Source: Scyliorhinus canicula (taxonomy: Eukaryota). From it: a stretch of 64,000 nucleotides of DNA. The DNA lies in the NCBI RefSeq assembly GCF_902713615.1, contig NC_052175.1, positions 2,717,620-2,781,619 of the forward strand. The letters run 5' to 3'. The translations under genes were made by a program, and so were the position numbers. Of the stretch, positions 48,296-59,920 are shown one piece after another (within the stretch, counting starts at the first letter, position 1; the number at the start of each line of letters is the position of its first letter). Under the pieces are notes generated by a model, which was not told the origin of the DNA, did no database searches, and was given only the letters and a program-made list of their open reading frames with translations.

Positions 48296-49965
48296 TCATT
48301 AAAATCCTTGGCCAAATGTAGGGTTACTATCCGTCGTGCTGGTGTCCTTCTGTACTTCCTGCAAACTTCACAGCGATCACTAACCTGTTCTATCAGCTGA
48401 GTATAGTCGTCATCCCTTAATCCTGCATCCTTTAATACATTTTTGAGCCTCCGAGGAGACGGATGTGCAAATTGCCTATGCAGTTTTACTACAATCAGCT
48501 TTTTATCAGCTAAAGTCGCATTATCTACTGTAATTAACAGATCCTTAACCACTCCACTTGAAATATTATTTGTCAATAATGGAATACAACAGTGTCCCGA
48601 CTGTGTTAATTGTAAGTCTTTCCAAAAACTGTTGCCTTATCCTGTTCCATATCCAGATTCATGTGTGCTTTCTTCATCGACGGTCTGCTCAGAAGCTAAG
48701 GTATCACACTTCATACAACATCCGTGCTAATAAAATGATTCACTCCAGCAATATTGCAAGGCACCACCACTATTTTCAGCGACTTCAGAGTATTATCATC
48801 CCCAAACCTGAAACTTGTGGAACTTATAAATTCCTTAACCTTGTTGCGATTTTCAGCATCCAAGGAGCCCAGATAACATTTTAACCAGTCAATCCCACAG
48901 ACAGTAGATGTGCAGCCACTGTCCAATACAGCACAGTTGAAAAATTCTGCAACCAACACCGTCATTACCGGCGTAATACAGCTTGTTAATAGGACAATAC
49001 CTTCTTTCTGGTCACTTTCTTTTTCCTCTTCTGAGACTTCCGTGACATGTGTCGCTTCAAATACTCTATCATAACGAGTTGGACAGTTGAAAGCATAATG
49101 GTATTGAGGGTCACATCGAAAACAGCGATTTATCATGCCACGTGGATTTCTGGGGTTCATCCTCCTATTGTAGGTTCTAACTGGGTTTCTGTCTTGATAA
49201 TTTCCTTGTCTAGGTCTCCTTTTAAAGTCTTGAGTCCTATTTGCAGCCATACGATTTCGCCATCCTGTTAGTAGTGTATCTTCCATATTCTCCCTTATTG
49301 CAGGCTGACCTATTTGGGTCATCAAAGCCATTCGAAGTGAAAGTTTCCCCAAAACCTTTTTTAAAGCTGTTGTCATCTGTTCGAATAAGGTATTGTTATC
49401 CGTAAACTGAACTCCTGTCAAAACCAAGAGCCTATCCATGTTGCTCACACTAGCACATTCAAGTAATTTAAAGGCCAACACAGACTGTGGAAATGCCAGC
49501 CTGTGTTTCTGCAGCATTTTATATTTCTGCCAAATTCCATTATATAGTCTTCCATAGATAAATCCTCCATTTTCCGGAACTTATCAAAATTCGACCATAC
49601 TTCATACGCACTTAACAAGTCATCTATCTTATAAATCTTATCCATATATAGTAATAAAGTCGCCAGACCTTCTTCTGAGTCTAACGCTTCAAATTCCAGC
49701 TCAGAAGGCACTTTGTTTCGGATTTTACTGCCATACGGTAAAGAAAGAGCCAGTGCCATACCTTGCTTTCACTTTCCTAATGCAGTCACCTGAGTCCATA
49801 TAACTACCGCACTTCTCCATTGGTCGTATGATTCCCTTTCAGAAAATAAGGGAGGATAATCATATCCGGCCATCTTCGTCCAGGGTTCAGCCATATATCC
49901 CTTTTCTTTTACTCCTTGGTTTGATCTGGAAAAATTGTATCTTTCAACCTTCACATTTACACAAC

Positions 49966-49983
49966 AACCGTCCTCTGCTACAA
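49966..49983 (-). promoter_or_regulatory. Primer-binding site complementary to tRNA-iMet
   Basis: TTGTAGCAGAGGACGGTT matches TGGTAGCAGAGGATGGTT (complement of the tRNA-iMet 3' end) at 16/18; starts 2 nt after the LTR end. Confidence 0.8.
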
Positions 49984-50479
49984 ATTGTTAGACGTAATCG
50001 ATGCTGCGGTATGAAGAAGCAAAAGTCCAGCTCCTTTTCACAAACACTTTTATTTCACTTTAACAGACTCTGCACTAAACTCAATCATCACATCACCAGA
50101 TCCAGAAGCCACTTGAAGCCCCTTTATAAATCAGTGTCAATCATTAAACACTCAGCATAAATGAGACAATAATTGAACACTTAAGATAAATGAGACAACT
50201 AATTGCAATGTCTCTTAACACATTGCTTAAAAGGGAGTGCTGGCGAGAGTGTGCGTGTCAGAGAGTAACATAGTGTGTATGAAAGTGTGTGTGTGAGGAG
50301 CGTTGATGTGTGAGAAAGCCTGTGTGGGGGACTGTGTATGTGTGGGAGAGATGTGTGCGAGGGGGAATGTAAGTGTGAGAAAGTGTGTGTTAGGGAGAGC
50401 GTTTGAGACACTAATAAGCTGCACAAGTGATTGCTTGTGAGTATGTCTGTGAGAGCGTATGTGAGGAGAGTGTGGCTGT

Positions 50480-51476
50480 TATCAGGGACAGGATTTATAC
50501 CCATTTGGAAACAAATGGACTCAATGGCGATAGGTAGCTTTGTTTTGTGAAGTGGATGTTCTGCCTCACTAAATTGATCGAGTATTTTGAGGAGGTGACA
50601 AAGGTGATTGATGAGGGAAGGGCGGTGGATGTTGTTCACCTAGACTTCAGTAATTCCTTTGACAAGGCGCCTTATGGCAGATTGGTGCAAATGGTGAAGT
50701 CATACGGCAGCAGAAGTCAGGTTGTAAGACGGATACAGAACTGGCTCGGTCGCAGACGTCGAAGGGTAGTAGTAGAAGGGTGTTTTTTCTGGATGAAAGG
50801 CTGTGACTACTGGTGTTCCACACGTAACTGTGCTGGGACCTTTTTTACTTGTAGTCTAAAAATGATTTGGCGCTAAATGTGGCTGGTCTTATTAGTAAGT
50901 TCGCGGATGACACCGAGGTTTGTGGAGTGGCAGATCGTGTTGAGAATTTTTTCAGAGGATGCAGCAGGACATAGATAGGTTGGGAGACATGGGCAGAGAA
51001 ATGGGAAATGGGGTTTCACCCAGACAAATGTGCGGTGATGTATTTTGGTACATCTAACATAGCAGAGAAATATACTGTAAATGGCAAAACTCGTAGGAAT
51101 ACAGAAAGTCAGAGACATCTGGGATTACAGGTAAACAAATCTTTGAAAGTGGCAACACAAGATGACAAGAAAGCATAATGAATGCTTGTCTTCATTGGAC
51201 AGGGCATCAAGTGTGAAAACTACCAAGTCATGCTGCAGTTGTATAGAATCTTGGTAAAGCTGCACTTGGAATAGTGCTGACAATTCTGGTTGCCATACTA
51301 CCAGAAGGATGTGGAGGCTTTGGCAAGAGTGCAGAGGAGGTTTACCAGAACGCTGTCTGGTCTGGAGGGTGTTAACAATGTGGAGAAGCTGAATTGACTC
51401 GGACTGTTTCATTACAACCAGGAAGGTTGAGGAGTGACCTCATAGAAGTCTAGAAGATTAAGAGGGGGATGGATAG
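50480..51476 (+). mobile_element. Degenerate CR1 RT and 3' fragment
   Basis: LTKLIEYFEEVTK, KFADDT and QFWLPYYQKD segments. Confidence 0.75.
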
Positions 51477-52689
51477 TGTTGCTATATTTGCTTGCTATAA
51501 ATATGGCAGTCAAAAAGGTTGCCAGTCTTTTATCTAGATATTGATATCATATTGCTTTCAGAGTCGCCAGGTATCAAATGATACCACCACAATGTTCAAC
51601 CGGGCATCGATGATAGACCCAACAACCAGTTCATTAGTTCAAGTTCAATAATACTTTATTTACACCCAAGATTCACTTAGACATGCATCATAAACACTGC
51701 GAAATAAACTACACCTAACAACTATGACAACCTGTACTTAACTTCAGACACCAGGCTTAGGTCAGAGGAAAAGTGGCCTTTGTTCGAATCTGGATCTGCT
51801 GGGTCTGGAAAAGTAATTGCCGTTCAGCTCGGCTCATCCGTGTGGCAGCGAGCGTTGAACTTGGACTTGCTTCTGGTCGTGGTGCTGCAGTTGGAAATGG
51901 ACATTGCCGGAGCGCCAGGTGCAAAAGAGATCGAACACATGGCAGTGTCTCTCTTTTTCCTGGGTTGGGGGGGGGGGGGGTCGCGCTCTTTTGGGCTGTC
52001 CTTATGTTGCGAACAATCAATTGGGCAGTTCTCGATCCCTGCCTTCGATCTCAGCCAACAACGGAGCGGGTACCTCGATGGCTCGGCGTGTCGGAAGCGG
52101 CCATTGACCTTGCTGTTTATGCTTCCCCAGTAAATGGAGTTGCACCGATATGCCCGGAATTGCATCTGTTACTTGAGCATCAGTCCTTTGCCTTACACAG
52201 ATGGGTCATTAAAATGCGAATCTGTTGGGGATTTCGATGCTGTCTAGATTCTCTGCTCACCAATATACATGTAGGCTCTGTGCCTGCCTGAATCTTACAT
52301 TGTCCATATTTCCCTTTAGGCTTTGTGAACGGCCATGTTTCGTGTTGGAAGTGGCCATCCCAGATGGCTACGGTCCGTCCACTTGATCACAAAAGTGAAG
52401 CGTGATGGATCACACTACTGAATCTTCTTCTGTTCTCTGGTCTGCCGGGTACCCTTAATCAAGGGCAGGTTCTATACTACTCTCTTTATGGATTGGAACA
52501 TTTACCTAAAATTTTAATACATCACACATCTATAAAAAAATTCGAAGGGGGCACACTTACATTCAATCATACATTTCAAATTCTTTACAGAAAAGGGGAC
52601 ATCTTACTGCCCTTACCTAAGCTACTAGCCAAAATGACTTACATTACAGTACAAAATAAACAATCGCAGCATCACATGTCTACTTAACA
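51477..52689 (-). mobile_element. Probable 3' LTR (~1.2 kb) of the endogenous retrovirus-like element
   Basis: Minus strand starts TGTTAAG and ends AGCAACA, with AATAAA at 51660-51655; same orientation as the pol remnant; no TSD or clear PPT seen. Confidence 0.55.
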
Positions 52690-52896
52690 TTTATGCCATT
52701 TACAGAAAAAGTAATTTGTCTTGAAAACCTGAGAATATATTATGCAAGAAAGGGTTAAGAAAGAGTGTGGGGTTTGTTGAAGTGCGAGAAAATCGCCTTG
52801 AGTGTGTATACTGGAGGGGGGGGGTCTCCTTCGCCGATTCCGAAGTCTAAGTGTCTGGACGACACTACAAAGTATAATCAATGGGGCTTGTACCAT
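52684..52896 (-). pseudogene. Possible env C-terminus (end of TM helix, basic stop-transfer, cytoplasmic tail)
   Basis: QAPLIILCSVVQTLRLRNRRRRPPP...; the stop codon falls in the first bases of the putative LTR. Confidence 0.4.
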
Positions 52897-55295
52897 GTGA
52901 GAAAGGGAATACCACCATACTGGACCTGGTATTGGGGAATGATCCCGACCAGGTGGTTGATGTTTCAGTCGGTGATTACTTTGGGAATAGCGATCACAAT
53001 TCCGTAAGTTTTAGAATACTCATGGACAAGGACAAGAAGGGTCCGAAAGGAAGAGTACTAAATTGGGGAAAGGCTGAGTTTAACAAAATTCGGCAGGAGC
53101 TAGGGAATGTGGATTGGGAGCAGCTGTTTAAGGGTAAATCCACATTTGAAATGTGGAAGCCTTTTATGGAAAGGTTGATTAGAGTGCAGGACAGACATGT
53201 TCCTGTGAAAATGAAATATAGAAATGGCAATATTATGGAACCATGGATGACGGGTGAAATTGTGAGACGAGCTCAGATGAAAAAGGAAGCATACATAGGA
53301 TCGAGGCAACTCAAAACTGATGAAGCTTTGGAGGAATATCGGGAAAGTAGGACGAATCTCAAACGCGCTATAAAGAGGGCTAAAAGGGGTCATGAAATAT
53401 CTTTCGCTAACAGGGTTAAGGAAAATCCCGAGGCATTTTATTCGTATGTAAGGAGCAAGAGGCTAACTAGCGAAAGGATTGGCCCACTTAAAGACAAAAT
53501 AGGGAATTTATGCGTGGTCTCAGAGGAAATGGGTGAGATTCTTAATGAGTACTTTGCTTCGGTATTCACAAAGGAGATGGACAAGACGGATGTTGAGGCT
53601 AGGGACGGATGTTTAAATACTCTCGGTCACGTTGTCATCCGGAAGGGGAAGTTTTGGGTATTCTAAAAGACATTAAGGTGGACAAGTCTCCAGGACCGGA
53701 TGGGATATATCCCAGGTTACTGAGGAAAGCGAGGGTCGAAATAGCTGGAGCCTTAACAGATATCTTTGCAGCATCCTTGACACGGGTGAGGTCTCGGAGG
53801 ACTGGAGAATTCCTAATGTTGCCCCTTTGTTTAAGAAGGGTAGCACGGATAATCCAGGGAATTACTGGGGGGGGGGGGGGCGGTTTGCTCTCCTTCGCCG
53901 ATTCCGAAGTCTAATTGTCTGGACGACACTACAAAGTATAATCAATAGGGCTTGTACCATGATGTGAGACAGGGAATACCACCATACTGGACCTGGTATT
54001 GGGGAATGATCCCGACCTGTGAGCTTGACGTCAGTGGTAGGCAAACTGTTGGAGAAAATACTGAGGGATAGGATCTATTCACATCTGGAAGAAAATAGAC
54101 TTATCAGTGATAGGCAGCATGGTTTTGTGCAGGAAAGGTCATGTCTTACAAACCTAATAGAATTATTTGAGGAAGTGACAAAGTTAATTGATGAGGGAAG
54201 GGCTGTAGATGTCGTATACATGGACTTTAGTAAGGCGTTTGATAAGGTTTCCAATGGCAGGTTGATGGAAAAAGTGAAGTCGTATGGGGTTCAGAGTATA
54301 CTAGCTAGATGGATAAAAACTGGCTGGGCAACAGGAGACAGAGAGTAGTAGTGGAAGGGAGTGTCTCAAAATGGAGAAGGGTGACTAGTGGTGTTCCACA
54401 GGGATCCGTGCTCGGATCACTGTTGTTTGTGATCTACATAAATGACCTGGAGGAAGGTATAGGTGGTCTGATTAGCAAGTTTGCAGATGATACTAAGATT
54501 CGTGGAGTTGCAGATAGCGAGGAGGACTGTCAGAGAATACAACAAAATATAGATAGATTGGAGACTTGGGCAGAGAAATGGCAGATGGAGTTCAATCCAG
54601 GCAAATGCGAGCTGATGCATTTTGGAAGATCAAATTCAAGAGCGGACCATATGGTCAATGGAAGGGTCTTGGGGAAAATTGATGTGCAGAGAGATCTCGG
54701 AGTTCAGGTCCATTGTACCCTGAAGGTGGCAACGCAGGTTGATAGAGTGGTCAAGAAGGCATACAGCATGCTTGCCTTCATCGGCCGGGGTATTGAGTAC
54801 AAGAGTTGGCAGGTCATGTTACAGTTGTATAGGACTTTGGTTCGGCCACATTTGGAATACTGCGTGCAGTTCTGGTCGCCACATTACCAGAAGGATGTGG
54901 ATGCTTTGGAGAGGGTGCAGGGGAGGTTCACCAGGATGTTGCCTGGTATGGAGGGCGCTAGCTTGTGTGTAACTGACACCCAAGAATGGTGTTGTCAGTT
55001 ACAAGGGGTCACGATTTCAAGGTGAGAGGGGGAAAGTTTAAGGGAGAGGTGCGTGGAAAGTTTTTTACGCAGAGGGTGGTGGGTGCCTGGAACGCTTTAC
55101 CAGCGGAGGTGGTAGAAGCGGGCACGATAGCATCATTTAATAGGCATCTAGACAGGTATATGAATGGGCGGGAACAGAGGGAAGTAGACCTTGGAAAATA
55201 GGAGACAGGTTTAGGTAAAGGATCTAAATCGGCGCAGGCTGGGAGGGCCGAAGGGCCTGTTCCTGTGCTGTAATTTTCTTTGTTCTTTATGATGT
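52897..55295 (+). mobile_element. 5'-truncated CR1 (ORF2 3' part to tail) inside the ERV-like element
   Basis: LDLVLGND...PQGSVLGS...FADDTK...FFTQRVVGAWNALP; tail near 55270-55290. Confidence 0.85.
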
Positions 55296-55299
55296 TTTT

Positions 55300-58200
55300 G
55301 CACCATGTCGGGCTTTCGTTGGATGTTTCTATGCGTGATGTGGTGTCCAGGCCAGGAGCATCGTGTTGGGTGGCCATGTTTAGGGCCACTGTGTCGAGGA
55401 TTTAGGGGCTGATAACGCGCGCAACTGTATTGATCCAACGACGATCATGATGCACGTCATCAGGTCCATCTTCATTTTGTCTTTGTCTTCCTCTGTCTCC
55501 TGGTATATTTGTATATTCATGGGGGTACAAGCATAAAATGTTATTTTCTTGCTGTTACCCCTAAACATCAATTTCCCATTTCGAATTGTCACTGTATGTG
55601 ACTCCCTCATTTTTTTAAACCAGCTTTTTTTCAGACAAGACATCCGAGAAAGAAATTGTGTCACAGTGCGAGCAATTTCTGCGAGCATGCGCTGAGTGGG
55701 CGGACAATTTCTCCATCCAGTGTTGAGGTAGATTTTCCTTGCTGGGAATTTGTTTCAACCAACTGTTTGAACATATAAATAGCAGTTGGGTGTTAGCGGC
55801 CGAAGGTCGCCGGAAAACAAACAAAAACCCTGGCAAATTGCATTCTTTAAACCACACTTTAAAAGAACAGTAAAATAATTTCGAACAGAACTTTCCGAAT
55901 GGGGTGCGTGTGAGCTGCGGCAGGGCAAGAATGGGTGGAATCCCCGGGTAGGGGCCGTGATCAGTGCCGTTGCTCCACTGCCCGAGCTTGGCTGAGCAAA
56001 CACATAAGGGGTCCTCAGGCGTGTCGGGGATCATTGCATTTACTCCACTGCCTGGGTGAACTTAAAAGAACGGAAAGAATTTGTAAACAATTTCCGACAA
56101 ACTTGTTCCTTTACTACCATGTGGCTTCAAAATAATAGTTGTGACTGTATCAAGAAATTTGGCATGAGATCGACACAAAAAAGTCGTACAACAGACAAAG
56201 ATTGAATATAAAAAACAAACTAAAGAAAGAAAGTGCGCAGGCTCCATCAGGGGATAAGGCATCGTAAATCTAAATCTGTACCTTTCTCTCATCATCTGGA
56301 CACCTCAGGGTTCCATTCAAAAAAGAGTCGTAAAGGGGTTAGCATGGTGGGAGTCAGACTCTGAGTCATCACCATCTCCCAGTTGCCGAACTCGTGACTG
56401 GAGTTTCTGTGCCATGGCGGCGTGGGCCGATGTGGGATCGATTTCATCGTTTCTTATCAGTCGATAAGAATTTTCGCGGTACCGTTGTTTCTTGTCCTGT
56501 GTGGAGGTAGCGGCAAGGGCGGATCACTATCGTGGGGTGGTGGGTCAGGGTCTGGTACTGGCAAATAAATGGTCTTTCAGGAGCCGAACATAATCGAGGT
56601 CGGTGTTACTGGGGCTGTAGTGACTGGGGCCTGGTGTGTTTTGCCATCGGTCGGTGATTTCAAGTACGTCCGTTGTGCTTTCGCTGTCGCTATCGCTAAC
56701 GGCCGAATAAAGTGTGAGGCGGAAATTCATCTCTGGAGCCGGAGAAAAAGTCATGTCTGTGGATTACTGTCCTGGCTGGGGGAGGGTTGGATTAGATTGC
56801 CAGCGGGCGGGTCGTAGTCGTTTGCTATTGCCAGTGAAATGTGGTGTGAGTGGCTGCACTGAGTTCCATGAAACGTAAGTTGATTGATATGAAACCATTC
56901 TGGCTTTCCATTTGGATACGTAATCTTGCATACTGAGGGGCTTACGTTATCACAAATTCAGTAGGGTCCTGGAAATATGGGGGAGAGGAATGAACTGGGA
57001 TCGTACAGGGAGACTATGACTTGCTATCCGACTGTATACTCTATCGGGTGTACTGTTTTATTAAAGCAGGCCTTACTCTGCATTTTCATAGCGCCTGGTC
57101 GAACAGTTGCAGCGAGCTGTGCTGCTTTAATATTTTCCATTACTTCTTGGACGGCTTTACCGTGGGTAAGGCCGGTGACTGTGGGGCTGGCCAAATCAAT
57201 TCCAAACAATTACTCGGTACCCTTCACGGGTCGTCCGGTCATGAGGGTGTGGGGTATATTCTGTCGAACTCGTCACCGTGTTTCTAATAAACATCAGTGC
57301 AAATAGGAGAACCGTGTCCCATGTCGTGTTGTGCTGTTGCAGCATCTTCCCAAGTGTTGCCTTTAGGGTTCGGTTCATGCGTTCCACAATGCCGCTGGAT
57401 TGTGGGTTATAGGCAATGTGAAACCTCTGTTTAATTCCGCAAATTGTGAGGACGTTTTTCATTACTCTTGCTGTAAAGTGCGAACCTTGGCTCGACTCAA
57501 TACTACGGGGGAGTAAATATTTGCTGGGTTAGAATTTTCGCTGTCGCTTTAGCCGTGTTTGTCCTGGAAGGACATGCTTTCAACGATTTTGTGATGGTGT
57601 CGATCAGGACCAACACATATTTAAATCAATTTCTGCAGGGCGGATGGGACTCATGTTGTCTAATTGTAAATTCGTCCATGGCCCATTAATAGCGCGGGGT
57701 GTGTATCAGCTGACCTTTATTTGCGTATCTGTCTGGGTTGTTCTGGGCGCAATTTATACAATTTTCAATGTAGTCAGTTACGGTTGAGGAGCCGTCTACA
57801 TAATTTTTTAGAGCTTTATCTGTGGGCTGGGTTCTCTGTGGTCTGAAGCCTTTTTTCGCCGATCACGGTTTGGGAATAAAGGGACCTGTGTAATGCTTGT
57901 CTGCAATGATTTCACACTCATGTGGGGTTCCTGCATATTGTAAATTATCGGACAGAAACCTGTGCGTCTTTGTCCTCTTCATTGTGATGTTGCGTCCTTG
58001 TAGGAGTACGGTCCAGCACGCTGGTCTAATTTTGCTAACTGTACCGTCTTTTAGCCTACCGTCTAACAGTATTTGTGTTGGGGTGTGCTCGGTCAAAATG
58101 GTAACGTGGTTGAGTCCTGTTGTGTACGCGAAGTAATGAACAGCCCATAAAACTGCGAGCGAGTGCCTTTCGCAGAATGAAAATGCTTGATCTGTCGGAT

Positions 58201-59920
58201 CTAAAACGTGTGAGGCATAGACTACTGGTACTAAACGAGCGTGCCTTTCTTGGTGAAGTAAGGCCGAAAGGGTTAGGTCGGTTGTCGGTACCTCTATTGC
58301 GTATGGGGAGTGTGTGTCTGCTGTCTGCAAAGCGGCAGCTGCACTTTGGGCGCGTTTCAATGCATCTACGGCATCCGAGTGCTGTGGAAGCCATTCCCAT
58401 GGGGACTGTTTCTTAAGGAGCTCGAAGAGTGGGGCTACCTTTGTGGCGAAACCGTCTGTACGGTTCCTGCAGTAAAAAAACAGTCCTAAAATTGACCGGA
58501 GTGCTGTAAGATTATGGGGCAAGGGCAATTTAACAATTGAATCAAAACGTTTTTGCTCTATCACACGCTTACCATGCGTTACAACTGTTCCTTAAATAAG
58601 TGACCTTTTCTTGGATAATATGCGCTTTTTTGTGGTTGATTTTACCTAATTTCTTTTAGGAGACCTCATAGGTCAGAAAGAAGCAAAATGTGCTCTTTTT
58701 TGATGTCAGTCTGATGGAGCGAGTCGTCCACATACTGAATGAGGCATTTGGGTCGGGAAAATTTCGATAATCCATTCGCCAATTATCTGCGAAAAAAGGA
58801 GGGGGCGTTGTGGAAAGCTTGTGAAGGCATGCCCACGTGTATTGCTGCCCATGGAAGGTTGGCGCAAATTTATGCTGGTCATTTTTATCCATTGGAATGG
58901 ACCAAAAGCCAGTGCTAATGTCCAGAACCATAAAATATTTTGACTGAAGTCCCTATTTTATCATGGTCTCGGGACTTGTGGCAACGGTGGGGGCTGCTAA
59001 CGGAGTTATCTTGTTTACTTCTCTGTAATGCATGCTCAGTCTCCATGAACCATCTGAATTTCTTCGGGGCCAAATCGGGGCATTGTTTGCTGAGTCTACG
59101 GACTTAATTACACCTTGATCCAAAAAGCTTTGAATTACCTCAGCCACTTCTCCCTCGGCTTGCTCTGTGAAACGTATTGTGTCTGGGGCTTCGGATCGGG
59201 GCCTGTAATGGTGACCACTACTGGAATTCTACCGCTACTGCGCTTGTGCTGGGCAAAATATGCTTTGTGTTTCTTTCAGATTTCCATAATTGGTTTCTCA
59301 TGGTAATGGTTTATGGCTCAAACCAGGACTCTCCCACTGAGAAAATCCTGTGTTCATAGTCTCCTCCTGTGAGCGTGGCGGTAGCTCGTGCTGCCCCAGC
59401 CATTTTCCACACACACTTATTACGGGGTCAAAAGAAAGGTTGTGTGAGCTCGTGAACTCTTTCCCAAGATGTGTTGTGCTATCTGGGGTAAATCTACCAA
59501 CACGACCGCGTGCTAGGTTTTAATGTTACCGATCTGAATATCCACAGGGGCCGTAATGTGTCCCTGCTGGAGTTGTCCTGTAAATCCACTAAGAGTGATA
59601 GTGTCGTAGTAGGCCCTATATCTCGCTGGTACATCGTCGAGGAGTTTAACGTGGTTCCGGATCCACCTGTCTCGCAAAGGTACTACACGGCGTGCCCCCG
59701 GACTGTGCCTGTGACTACGGGTCTTCCGGAAATGTCCCAGAGCGTGTTGCAGACCCAAGATGGGGAATCTGAACACCGTCAATCGGTGCGATTTATGGCC
59801 AAATTAACTGAATGGGCGCTAACGCTGTGGATAGTCTGGCATTGTTCCTATTTGGGGCATTTGTGGGCTGATTCCGTTGCTGTCTCTGGCGTAATGACCC
59901 TCGTGTCCACAATTGTTTTT
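55300..59920 (-). mobile_element. Degenerate endogenous retrovirus-like internal region (gag knuckle, PR, RT, tether, RH start, IN, env-like ORF)
   Basis: CGHEGHYARD (59911-59882); LCETGGS; NAPIWP; LDISTGFWSIP; QYVDD; YAS...ER..LAV.WAV tether; YVDGSS (57802-57785); HIAYNPQSSGIVERMNRTLK; signal-peptide-like ORF from 56247. Confidence 0.75.

Larger units (their letters stand above)
46981..50220 (-). mobile_element. 3'-truncated Ty1/copia-type LTR retrotransposon (5' LTR, PBS, gag, PR, IN; RT absent)
   Basis: LTR TGTTA...TAACA at 50220-49986; CCHC knuckle CFRCDPQYHYAFNC; protease LDSG; integrase HRQFAH...CEVC and D...D..E (DLK, DNGGEF, NGVCE) directly after PR; several frameshifts. Confidence 0.85.

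Noticed and set aside
51757-52291. Overlapping ORFs (up to 172 aa) inside the putative LTR as accessory genes
   Set aside because: ORFs on both strands in a GC-richer segment with no motif; cannot be told from chance without other copies
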